Assembly (NCBI GenBank): GCA_002104905.1
Contig: MCFE01000001.1
Location: forward strand, 1 to 64,000
Source of the DNA: Basidiobolus meristosporus CBS 931.73
Taxonomy: Eukaryota; Fungi; Basidiobolomycota
Direction: 5' to 3'
DNA: 64,000 nucleotides
The notes below the pieces were generated by a model. The model was not told the origin of the DNA, searched no databases, and saw nothing but the letters and a program-made list of their open reading frames with translations. This document shows positions 38,851 through 50,800 of this stretch, one piece after another. Every line of letters starts with the position of its first letter. Within the stretch, counting starts at the first letter, position 1. The position numbers and the translations under genes are program-made.

Positions 38851-41800
38851 AATTAGTTTGTACACATGAAAAGTAAGAGAAAGGGTTAAGTCAGGTAGTA
38901 ATATGTGTGAAAAAGAGGCAATAGCCAATCAATGCACACAAACATAGGAGGTGATAGAGTGCCTGGGAGCCAAAAGTGAGCAGATTGGCAGGGAACCAGT
39001 CAAAAGTTACTTATATATTGTTGTGATGAAAAATTTTGACCAAGTTTTTTGTGACATCTGGGGTGCAATTATTTTTTAATGGTCTCTGTACAGTGTCCTG
39101 ATGGGATCAATACCTCTTAGTCACAGGACTTTAAATTTGTGATGGCCTTTTGATGGGATCATCACAATAACTTTTCATAGGGGTTCAGCTGCTAAGTTAA
39201 TATATCTTAGACAAAAATGCTTTACTACATGGATGCTGACAGGAGGAGAAATGAAAAATCTAACTAACAGAATACCCTGCTGGTGGATGAGATGTAATCT
39301 GTGGGTGTACCAACTACTAATGAGGATATGATAGCTACCATCCTGAATAATCTGGCAGATAGGTTTTGGGCCTTATATCAGCCCTAGAGTCCACAACCAA
39401 AGAATTAGCCCTAAATTTTAAAAATGGAAGGCTTGGGGATGAAGAATTAAGAAAATCAAGCACCAATAAGTAGGAGAAAGAAATGCTTCAAGAAGCAATG
39501 CTTACCAACAAAGGAGATAGTCAAGACCCTTTAAAGGCAACAACAACCTATTTTGCAATCACTGCAAAAGGAAAGGTTACTCATAAGACTGGTACCTCAA
39601 AAAGAGAGATAATCAGCAAAAGAAGCCTGAAAATAGAAATTCTGCAATAGCAGAAGATACACTATTCATGTTTGCACTAAATATGACCATAAAATAAGAT
39701 TCTCCAATGTGGTACATTGACTCTAGAGCATCTCAACACTTTACACACTAAAATAACTGCTTATCTAACATCAAGAAATTCCAATTAAGAAGGTTTTCAT
39801 GGGTGACAATACAACCTTGATGCAATGGGGGAAGGAACCATCCAAGTAGACCTTAGAAGCAGTAAAAAAAGTGATACACTGACCTTTAAAGAGTTATTTT
39901 ATGTACCAGAAATAGCCAAGAACCTACTATCTATAAGCAAGGCCACTGCAGAAGAACTCAGTTTCAGCTTTGACAATTCTGGATACAGGATCACTTATCA
40001 AAATGGTGCTCATATTGCTTTGGATATCAAAGATCAGAATCTATACAAGCTGACAGATATTGCATCATATCTGTAAGCCAATATAAGTAACTTGAATGAA
40101 GAAACACCAATACTTTGGCATGGGAGACTTGAACAAATTAATTTTGATCATTTGCAAAAGATGATCAAAGATCAGCTAATTTCTGGAGTAAAAAATGATC
40201 CACCAGCTAATTTGGAGCACTTTGAGGCCTGCATATATGGGAAATAAGCCAGACATTTATTTAAGAGCTCTGGGTTTAATAAAACTAAGAAAACATTAGA
40301 TCTAATTCACTTGGATCTGTGTAGACCTATGCAAAGCTTATCCTTAGGTGGGCTGAAGTATCTAATCACTTTTATTGATGATTATACAAGATACATATGG
40401 ATCTACTTCATGGAGAGAAAGCAAGAAGCTCTGTCCAAGTCCAAGGAGCTTAAAGCCATGGTGAAGAGAGAAACTGGTGAAAAATGAAGAAAATATTCTA
40501 TGACAATGGTGGTGAATATGCCTCAGAACTCTTCATCCACTTCTGCAAAGTTCACAGGATTAAGCAAGAGATTTCTGTACCATACTCCCTACAGCAAAAT
40601 AGAGTAGCAGAACATGCAATCAGATCAATAACTGATATGGCAAGATAAATGATCCATGATCAAAAATTACTCTATGAATTTTAGGCAGAATTAGTTGCCA
40701 CAACTGTATGCCTTAAATATAGGAGCTCTGACACAATACTCTGTAATTCTAATCCATTTGAAATACGGTATAGATACAGACAAAGTGCCAAACATCTAAG
40801 AATATTTGGCTGCACAGCATTTGCCAAGAAGTTGCCTGGAAATCATCCAAAATTTGAGCCAAAAAGTGTAAAATGCATATTTTTGAACTACTGCAGTGAG
40901 AGTAAAGCATACAGACTGTAAAGTACCTAAGCAAAGAAGCTGATCAAGTCCAGGGATGTTTTGCTCAATAAAAACCCAAAAAACCCACAAAAAATGACCT
41001 CAAATGATGAAAAGAATATGAACTCTAGTCTACCAATTGTCAGGATTAAATAAGAGCAAAACAACAAATATATTTTCACTCCAGAGGACGCTACAACCAT
41101 GGTTCAGGCTGAATTGGTGCCCAGGAGTGTCTCAGAAGTTATCATTCCAGTATCAAATGGCAGGAGATCCAACCAGATTAGAGATAGCCTAAATTACTAT
41201 ATTATATGAGGGTACAAGCTTAGCCTATGCTATTCAGTCCATATTGATGAGCCCCAGACTGTAGAAGAGGCCCTCAATAGCCCTCAGACAAGGTTTGGAG
41301 ATCTGCAATGACTGAGGAGTATCTGGTACTGATGGAAGATCAAACTGGGGACTTAGTCATATTACTATTCAACCATAAATCAATTGGATGCAGATGGGTT
41401 TGCTGACCAAGATAACCCCCATTTGGTCTGCAAGTTTAAAAAATCTCCATAGGGTCTCAAGCAATCATGAAGAGCCTGAAATTGCAAGACAGATTCTTAT
41501 TGGCAATCTTTGAAATTCAAAAGGAGTAATTCTGGCTAAAGTATATACTATAAGCCAGATAAAGCAAATCCAGTTCTATTAGCTCTATATGTGGATGATC
41601 TTATTACGGCCACCAATAACCTAGAAACAATGGAAGAGACAAGATCCAGCATATTTAAAGAGTGTAAGATGTCTGATCTAGGAGAACTCAGTTACAACTT
41701 AGGGATAAAGCTCTCCAGAGACAGAAGTACCCAGACTATCACCCTTGGCCAATTGAAGTGTATTCAGGATACACTATTGTAGTACCAGATGGAAGACTGT

Positions 41801-43739
41801 AAACCAGCAGCTACCCCAATGGAGACAAACCTTTACTTGGTCAACCAAATCAAGAGAGCTAGGTGCCATCTGAAAGCCCTGACCTTACTTATCAGTATAT
41901 GGCTAGCAGTCTGATGTATATCATGCTTAGAACACATACAGCTATCTTATATTCAGTGGGAGTGGCCAGCCAGCATAATCAGAACTCTGGATTGGATCAT
42001 ATTGCAGCAGTTAGGTGGATTTTTAGACACTTAGAAGGAAATGCTGATATTTGCTCAAGATACACTTAAAAGTATCCAGAACAGGATCTTATGGCATACA
42101 CTGATGCAGATTGGGGAAAAAATTTAGAAGAGAGAAGATCCACAACAGGGTACACCTTTCTTTGCTGTCAAGGAGTAATTTCATAGAATTTAAGCAAGCA
42201 ACCAACTGTAGCAACTTCCACCATAGAGGCAGATTTTATGGCAGTCTCTGAAGCAACAAAAGAGAAAGTTTGGTTAATGAAGCCTCTTACAGATTTTGGC
42301 CTATGTCAAAACATGCTTATTACTTTATTTCAAGATAATCTTGGATGTATATGATTGGTAAGAATCTAACTTTTCATGCTAGAACTAAGCACATAGATGT
42401 TAGACATCATCTTTTTCATGAAGCTATAGAGAATAACTTAGCTAGCTTAGTTTACTGTCCTTAAGATGAAATGATTGCAGGCATATTTACCAAACCATCA
42501 GCTAGGGAAAAATTTCAATATATTAGGCTAAAATAGCACTAGTCAGTATGAAGATTTAGCTGAGTGGGAGTGTTGTAAAGAATAGTAATTTCACCTAGGT
42601 ACTCACCTAGCTTAGTCACTTAGATCACTATTGCTAAGTCCTAGAAAATACTGACCAAATTTCTTATTGGGACTTAATTGGAATATTCTCACCAAAATAC
42701 CAGGTATCCAGAAAATGAAAATTCTCAAAGCTGTCCAAACAGCCCCAGCCTTTGCTCACATATTTTTGGGACCTTCATAAGCCTATTATATATGTTTGTT
42801 GTGCTAAGATCATGTAAAAGTGCTAATACTACTTTTACATTCAATAAGTCATTAAGTGAAAGCCATGTAATCTACTTGTCCTCTAAATCACTTCCAGTGT
42901 CAGCTATGCACTTACAACAACTCTGATGTTGATTGGGGACAAGGCTTGGAAGACAGATAATCCACCACAGGATATACTTCACTTCACTTCAAAGGAGCAA
43001 TTTTATGGAATTCAAAAAAGCAACCAACCATAGCACTTTGCGCCACAGAGGGAGAGCATATGGCAGCCTGTGAAGCTACTAAAGAAGAAGTGTGGCTACA
43101 ACAGCTTTTTCAGATTTAGGATTATGTCAAGAAATGCCTATACCTTTACAATAAGATAACCTAGGGTATATATAATCAGGTAGAAGTTCAACTTTTCATG
43201 CAAGAACTTAGCACATTTATATTAGACATCATACTGTATGTGAAGCAATAGAGAACAAATTAGTGAGCTTTGTCTACAGTCCTATGGGTGAGATGATTGC
43301 TGATATATTACCAAAGCATTAGTTAGAGACAAATTTGAATATTTTATGTCAAAATTAGGACTAGTCAGTATGAACATTTAGTAGAGCAGGGATGTTGTAA
43401 AAGTTTGCCATTCCACCTAGATATTCACCTAACTTAGTCACTTAGATTGTCACCTACAGGTCTTAGAGTATACTGACCAAGTTTGCTGTTGGGACTCTCT
43501 TGGAAAATTTTCTCAAACAATATAAGGTACCAAAAACATGAAAACTCTGAAAGTTATCCAAACAGCCCAAACTTTGCACATATGTTCTTGGGACCTTCTT
43601 AAGCCTATGTTGTGTGTTTGCTATGCCAAGATCATGTAAAAGTATAAACACTACTTTTTCATTTGATAAATCATCAAGAAAACCACATAATCACTTGGAC
43701 TACCAATTTCTTCCAGTACCTCCAAGACTCTGACAGCAG

Positions 43740-44672
43740 TTACTATATCTGTAAATGTACAACCTTAGCCTATGCCTATCCAGTCTACATTGATGAGCCT
43801 CAGATAGTAAAGGAGGCCCTGATAGATCTTGGACAAGGCTTTAGAGATCTAGAATGACTAAGGAGTATCAGGCTGGGGTGGACAATCAAACATAGGACTT
43901 GTTTAGGTTAACAATCACCTTAAATCAGTAGGATGCAGATGGGTTGCTAACACATTATACTATGCTGATGGTATAAATGATATATAACAAGCAAGACTTA
44001 TGGTCACTACCTACTCTGAAACAACTGAACTGCACTATACTAAAACCTTTGCACCAGTAGCCAAGCTTAATTCTAGCCAACTAGAAATGGCTATAAGTAC
44101 TATTGCAGCTAAATATGAGTTTATGACTCATCAGGTGGGTGTAAAAAGGCTTTTTTGATTGGGAAACTTGATAAGGATTTGCATATAGATTAGCCTGAAG
44201 TTTAGACTGACCAAGAAGGCCCCTCATTGAGCTGTAGGGATAAAGAGTCTCTATATGGTTTCAGACATTCACTTGGAGCCTGGAATTGAAGATAGCTTTT
44301 AATGTAGAGTCCCTTAGCCTTCAGCTAGGTACTAGTGGCAGTGGTATCTATAATAAGCCAAATAAAGCAAACCTGGCTCTAATTGCTCTACATATGGATG
44401 ATCTTTTTGAAGCCATCAATGACCAAGAAAATTCAAAAGTGATTACCGCACCCCTATCTATAAAGTCCAAACAACCAATCTAGGAAAGAACAATTGCTAG
44501 TTACAAATACACTTTCACATCAACAGAGATGCCCAGACTATTATCTCAGCACAGCCCAAGTAGATTCAAAATATACTCTGGAAGTACAAAGTGGGAGACT
44601 GAAAACTGGCAGCTACCTCTATGGAGATAAACATTAACTGGGTCAAAGCTAAACCTAATCAAGTGCAATTGG
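43740..44672 (+). mobile_element. Additional decayed copia RT fragment
   Basis: Similar to the RT of Copia C (e.g. ...AAAACCTTTGCACCAGTAGCCAAGCTTAATTC); broken frames. Confidence 0.7.
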
Positions 44673-45344
44673 TGTTGTAAGAGTCTTGGAGATATTGGAA
44701 GTGATTGAGAGGACAAGTAGATTGTGTGGTTTTCACTTAGTGATTTATTGAATGTAAAATTAGTATTTATACAGTTACCTGGTCTTGGCAAAACAAGCAC
44801 ATAGAATAGGTTAAGGAAGGTCCCAAGAACATGTGTGCAAAGTTTGGGGCTGTTTGGACAACTTTGAGAATTCTCATGTTCTGGGTACCTGGTATTTTGG
44901 TGAAAATATTCTAAGTAAGTCCCAACAAGGAATTTAGTCAGTATTCTCTAGGATATGAAGATAATGATCTAAGCAACTAAGTTAGGTGAATATTTAGGTG
45001 GAAATACAAATTTTTACAACACTCCCACTCAGCTAAATGCTCATACTGACTAATCCTAATTTTGACCTAAGATATTCAAGCTTATCTCTAGCTAGTGGTT
45101 TGGTAAATATGTCTGCAATCATTTCATCTGTAGGACAGTAAACTAAACTAACTAAGTTATTAGACTTGTTCCGTTGGATAGTGCCACATAGTGCCAGCCG
45201 GTTTATAGTGCCGGATCAATCTGGCACTCTACGGCACTATCTGGCACTATAATTTCTACCATGATGCCAGTGGTATGATACAGTTACTGGTAATTTTACT
45301 CAATCTTACTTATGTTGCTCAGAATAGTACTTTCCTTGCTTTAT

Positions 45345-46229
45345 TTACTCTTCATAATGCTCCAGACACATTTCTCTCAGTGGATGTCTTCTTTTATGAA
45401 CATACTGTGCATTAATAAGTATCTTAACTATTTTACCTATTCTGCTGTTTTCACCTATATATGACTTTCCTCTGTATTTACCTGCCAATATGCTGAATCT
45501 CTTCAGATATCCAAATGTGTGCTCTACCCTTACTCTGAAATGATTAAATATCTCATTGTAGAGCTTCTGCTACCTGCTAAGCACACCATTCCTTGGCTTC
45601 CTATAAGCTGTAATACATCCTAATCTCTGACAATCCTCTCCTATATAGGCCAAGTCTGCCATACATTTCTCCCCTCTACTGAATTCAGGATGATTCTCTA
45701 CCCAGAGTGCTTTGTCATGCCTACTTCCAGCAAATGGCCCACTAAACCAGATGATGTTACCCTCAATGTCAGACAGTGCTTGAAACTTCACACAGTGTGC
45801 CTTGTACTTGCCAGAATAAAAGTGCCTCTGCCCTCTAGAAGGTCTGTTAATCCTCACTGGGAAGGTATCCAAAATACTCCTGATATGGAACCTGTTGCTG
45901 AACACTCTGGGATATGGAAGTCTATTGGAGCTTCTGAACCTAGTATTCCAAGCTTGCTCTAAGTCATTCATACCCTCTGCAAGGTGGTTCTCCATTGCTG
46001 TCAGCTGGGAATGAAAGCTTCTAGGACTTTTGTTGCCATGGATGGTGGGATGAAACCTTGTAGGGCAATAGTTCTTGTAATAGCAGAGAAGCTTAACAAG
46101 GGATCTCCTTGAGTAGATTGGGGTTGATGGTCCACAGTACTTGGAATAGATCTCCTCCAGTGTGTCAAAAGGAAATCCAGTGGTAGTGATGGGATTGATG
46201 AGAAAAGACCATTCAGATGAGTAAGTCAT
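45345..46229 (-). pseudogene. DDE_Tnp_4 (IS5/PIF/Harbinger-type) transposase, 294 codons, one premature stop at 45570-45572
   Basis: ILDTFPVRINRP...YSGKYKAHCVKFQ...GSRHDK...MADLAY...FRVRVEHTFGYLK gives the D-D-E triad. Copy 2 has AAG where copy 1 has TAG. Confidence 0.9.
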
Positions 46230-46681
46230 ATTAAAATTGATGGATGATCGTATGGAGGCGGTTTGAATTGATTCGGCGCGATCTGCGTTATTTATCTGAT
46301 TTTTAACACATTATGGTTAAATCTCCATCAATTGCCATGCATCCCATCATTATGTCGCAAAAATCATCCGCAAACAATGCCTTGGTACTTTTATTGATGC
46401 TTTAATCATAGGTCTATAATCAAATAGGAAATCTGCGATTGATGTGATCTGATCCATGTCAACGCAATCCGAGATGCATCATGCATAATATATGGAAAAT
46501 TCAACAATCACTTTAGTTTTCATATATATTTCATATAAGACCAGGTTGATGCCAATATACTGCTGTATAAGTATCCAAATCCGTTGCTATGGTCCCCATA
46601 CCAAGCCTCAACTCATCTTTAGTACAACCCAGACAAAACCCATCCCCCAGCTCACAAGCGCGGTCCGGACCGGAAAAGTTG

Positions 46682-47836
46682 ATGTCGGATCCGTTTGAGT
46701 TCTTGCCAAATGATTTTAGTATGGCCCAAGTGTCTATGATGAGCCTTCATACAGATATTTGGGCACTACTGATTAATCTAGCAGAACTAGATACCTCAGA
46801 GAGTCAACAAAGATGGAAGAATTTGAGTAGAAAGCTGTGGTATGAGTTCTACATCAAGATGCCAGCCAATGTATGTAAAAAGATATATAACAAGACAAGT
46901 ATTGAAATCAAGAATGAGCTGAGAGTGATGGGATTTGACAAAGAAGCCGCGCGGGAACGATTTTGCGCGCAATTTGCACAGTACGGGCCGGACGCATCCG
47001 TTCGTGCCTCAACTTTGGGAACCAAAGAGATTTTGAATGAGTTTTTGCCTCAAATGACTAATGTACTACGTGATATATTAGTAGAGCTAAGTGGCTTCCG
47101 AGAGCAATATACACAGGACTCATCCAGGCAACAGCTCCAAAGTATCAGACAGAGGGTAAGTGAATACCTTGAGGAATCAGATGGTGAGCTTCAGGAGGAA
47201 GAATACAGACCGCAAGCAACATTGTCCAGATCGCGCCAGCATGCCTTGCTGGATTCCCTACCATCTCTTGCAACCACAGCGCGCCAGCGCACGTCAGTCC
47301 AGACTATGCCAACACCCTTTACCAGAACGCCCTGCATCAAGTCAACGCGCGTCAGGTCAACGCGCGCGCTTCAGAGCAAAACTACCAGAACTCGCCAAAC
47401 TGCTCATTTAGACACAAGTCCATTGGAGCGGACCAAGTCACGTCAACATGCGGCATCACATCGAACTCAGCCAAGGGCCATCTCAACGCGTCAAGGCGCG
47501 CCTGCGCGTGCTGTTTCACCTGACCATCAGCGAGTTACTTCTGGTGAACTGACTGATGATGACCAACATGAAGTGACTCAACCACCGGAGCCCTTGGCAA
47601 GTAAAAGAACGCGTCAGCGCATGGCACTACAGGCCGGTTCAGTTGGTTCAGTCGGAGCGATTCAGCGCGGCCAAGCTGCAGCATTGCACTCATCAACTAG
47701 GAGGCAAATTACTGACTACAAATACACAAGTAGCCAAGATGATAGTCAGCCAGGAAGTAGTATAGGTGTGCAAAGTGAGTCACTACCAAATGCTTCAGTA
47801 GTAATCCCTGTGAGAAAGAAACCCAGGAGAAGATGA
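46682..47836 (+). CDS. Transposon ORF2, 384 aa from Met 46682: helical N-terminus with a Myb/SANT/trihelix-like RWKNLSRK segment, long basic low-complexity tail, terminal NLS-like RKKPRRR
   Basis: Uninterrupted ORF inside the TIRs, with a decayed homolog at 59630-60650. The domain call is by resemblance only. Confidence 0.7.
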   Translation: MSDPFEFLPNDFSMAQVSMMSLHTDIWALLINLAELDTSESQQRWKNLSRKLWYEFYIKMPANVCKKIYNKTSIEIKNELRVMGFDKEAARERFCAQFAQYGPDASVRASTLGTKEILNEFLPQMTNVLRDILVELSGFREQYTQDSSRQQLQSIRQRVSEYLEESDGELQEEEYRPQATLSRSRQHALLDSLPSLATTARQRTSVQTMPTPFTRTPCIKSTRVRSTRALQSKTTRTRQTAHLDTSPLERTKSRQHAASHRTQPRAISTRQGAPARAVSPDHQRVTSGELTDDDQHEVTQPPEPLASKRTRQRMALQAGSVGSVGAIQRGQAAALHSSTRRQITDYKYTSSQDDSQPGSSIGVQSESLPNASVVIPVRKKPRRR

Positions 47837-50800
47837 TGAGATCGCTTTGAATCGCTCACATTTGTAATGATCCCGACAACCCTTTTTTTTTGCAATCCAA
47901 ATCGAGCCATTGCAAATCAGTGATCATCAAATTTTTGATATAAGTAATATCAAGGTAGTCTCACATTTGAGACAGAACCCCTATAAATAAACACCCTGCA
48001 TATATATACGTCATCTGTAATACCAGTGCAGCTATTGGATCTGTTTTGCACCTACACGATCGCTTGCGTGCTAGCTATGACACCTTGCCCAATCACTAGG
48101 ATCAGGGATTTACTTGCTCAATGGGCTAAATGGGATATTTGATGGCAAATCAGGTAGCTTTTTCAGTAGTCAATGAGCCAATTGGGGGCTGCCAGCTTCA
48201 GGATACTTTTGGACCAATTAACCACTGAGATACCGTCCAATTGGAGTGAGGGTAACCAAGATGGTAAGTATCAGTGTAGTTTATAGTGTAATACACATTT
48301 ATTTCCATTTACATTAAAGAAACATATCCAAATACCGGATTTTACCTGCCATTATAGCGGTATCCAATCGCGCACGTGATGCAAGCATTACGAGTTGGCG
48401 CAATCATCCGCGCCAACCTCATCGTGTCAGATTGTGCCATAGTGTGCAAGATTGTCCCGCATAGTGCAAAATTGTCCAAGAACGATCCTGCCTTCTGGTA
48501 GCTATAATATCGCGCCCAATTGTTCTTTGCAACCGCGGATTGTGCCGTGCACCCTGGCACGGTACAATGGAACAAGTCTATTCTCTATAGCTTCACATAT
48601 GAAATGATGTCTAATATCTATGTGCTTGGCTCTAGTATAAAAAGTTGGATATCTACCTAATTGTATACATCCTTGATTATCTTGAAATAAAGTAATAGGC
48701 ATTTTTTGACATAGGCCAGAATTTGTAAAAAGCTTTCTTATCCACATTACTTCTTTTGTAGCTTCACAGGGTGCCATATACTCTGCCTCTGTGGTAGAAA
48801 GTGCTACAGTTGGTTGCTTTCTTGAATTCCATAAAATTGCTCCTTTACAATAAAGAAAGGTGTATCCTGTGATGGATCTTCTGTCTACCAAATTTTGTCC
48901 CCAATCAGCGTCAGAATATCCCACAAAATCCTGTTCTGAATCCTTATAAGTGTATCTTAAGCAGATATCAGCAGTTCCTTTTAGGTATCTAAAAATCTGC
49001 TTAACTGCTGCAATATGATCAGATCCATAGTTCTGATTTTGTTGGCTGACAACTCCCACTGAATATGAGATATCTGGACGTGCTCCAAGCATAATATACA
49101 TCACACTGCTAACCATAGATTGATAAGGAAAGTCAGGGCTTTCAGATGGCACCAAGCTCTCTTGATTTGGTTGAGTTTTGACCAAGTTAAGGTTTGTCTC
49201 TATTGAGGTAGCTGCTGGTTTACAGTCTTCCATTTTGTACTACTTTAGTATATCTCAAATATACTTGCATTGGCTTAGGGTAATAGTCTGGGTACTTCTG
49301 CCTATGGAGAGCTTAATCCCTTAGTAGTAACTGAGTTCTCTAAGATTGGACATCCTGAACTCCTTAGATGGGCTGGATTATGTCTCTTCCAATGTTTCCA
49401 AGTGATTGGCAGCTATAATAAGATCATCCACATATAGAGCCAATAGAGCTGGATTTGCTCTATCTGGCTTATAGTATATATTATAGTCAGCATTACTCCT
49501 TTTGAAACTCAAAGATTCCAAATGAGAATCTATCTAGCAATTCCAGGCTCTTGGTGATTGTTTGAGACCATATAGTGACTTTTAAGCTTGCAGACCAAAT
49601 GGGGGTTATCTTGGTCAACAAACCCATTGGGCTGGTTGATATACATGTCCTCATCAAGTTCTCCATTAAAAAATGCAGTTTTTACATCCATTCAATGAAT
49701 AAAAAACTTACATTTGGCTGCAATAGCCAATATTAATCTGATGGAATTAAACTTGGCTACAGGTGCAAAGGTCTCAGTATAGTCAAGTCCATATGTTTGA
49801 GAGTATCCTTTGGCAACAAGTTTTGCTTTGTATCTTTCAATTGTACCATCAGCCTGGTATTTTGTCTTGAAGACCCAACTGCATCCAATTGATTTTTGGT
49901 TGACTGGTAATTTGACTAAGTCCCAAGTTTGATTTTCCATCAGGGCTGGATATTCCTCATTCATTGCAGATATCCAAAACTCTGTCTGAGGGCTATTTAG
50001 GACCTCTTTTACAGTCTGGGGCTCATCAATATGGACTGAATAGGCAAAGGCTAAGTTTGTACCCTCATCAATATAGTAATTTGGGCTATTTCTTGTCCAG
50101 TTGGATCTCCGGGAATTTGATACTGGAATGCTCACTTCTGGGATATTCCTGGGCACTGATTCTGGCTGAACCATGGTTGTAGAGTCCTCTGGAGTGAAAA
50201 AATTCTCATTGTATTGCTCTGATTCAATCCAGACCATTGGTGGACTTGAGATCAAATTTTTGTCATCATTCAATGTCATTTTTTGTGAAAATCTTGAATA
50301 TTCATCAAACAGCACATCTCTGGACTTGATCAGCTTCTTTGCTTTGGTATTGTAGAGTCTGTATGCCTTACTCTAATTGCAGTAGCCCAAAAATATGCAC
50401 TTCAAACTTTTTGGCTTAAATTTTGACTGATTTCCAGCCAGTTTTTTGGCATATACTGAAAACCCAAATATTCTTAGATATTCCGCACTTGGTCTGTATC
50501 CATACCATGCTTTAAATGGAGTAGAATCACAAAGTATTCTATTATAACTCCTATTTTTAAGGTATACAGCAGTGGCAACTAATTCCACCCAAAAATCATA
50601 GGATAATTTTTATTCATGGATCATATATCTTGTTGTTTCAGTTATTGATCTGTTAGCACATTCTGCTACTCCATTTTGCTCTGGGGAGTATGGTACAGTA
50701 GTCACTTGCTTTATCCCATGAACTTTGCAGAAGTGGATGAAGAGTTTTCAGGCATATTCTCCACCATTGTCAGAGCGTATTTTCTTGATTTTTTCACCAG

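Larger units (their letters stand above)
33397..39182. mobile_element. Full-length but decayed CACTA/EnSpm (CMC)-type DNA transposon with CCC termini
   Basis: 11-bp TIR CCCTATGAAAA...TTTTCATAGGG and 3-bp TSD GTT. The host sequence CAT-GTT-CAGCTG is confirmed by the uninterrupted Copia C at ~52085-52100. Confidence 0.88.
32705..42919 (+). mobile_element. Copia B, two LTRs (32705-33053, 42571-42919), decayed gag-pol, carrying a CACTA insertion
   Basis: TSD ACTCC/ACTCT, PBS AGTTATGAGCC after the 5' LTR, PPT GAGTGGGAG before the 3' LTR, and integrase/RT/RNase H fragments at 39200-42500. Confidence 0.85.
29080..43738 (+). mobile_element. Copia A (outer, decayed): LTR ~29080-29392, pol to 32704, resumes 42920-43392, 3' LTR 43393-~43738
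   Basis: RT/RNase H is split at ...LVG|(Y)SDVDWG by Copia B. A polypurine tract GAGCAGGGA precedes TGTTGTAA at 43393. Confidence 0.75.
45162..48579. mobile_element. Two-ORF PIF/Harbinger-group (PHIS, Pangu-like) DNA transposon, copy 1, 3418 bp
   Basis: 15-bp TIR AGACTTGTTCC(G/A)TTG and 3-bp TSD ATT (45159-61, 48580-82). Subterminal TGGCACTAT/ATAGTGCCA repeats and divergent transposase and ORF2. Confidence 0.9.

Noticed and set aside
42678-44800. Short ORFs inside LTR1 copies (also 4836-5138, 15100-15306, 32677-32913)
   Set aside because: Chance open frames in the repeated non-coding LTR.
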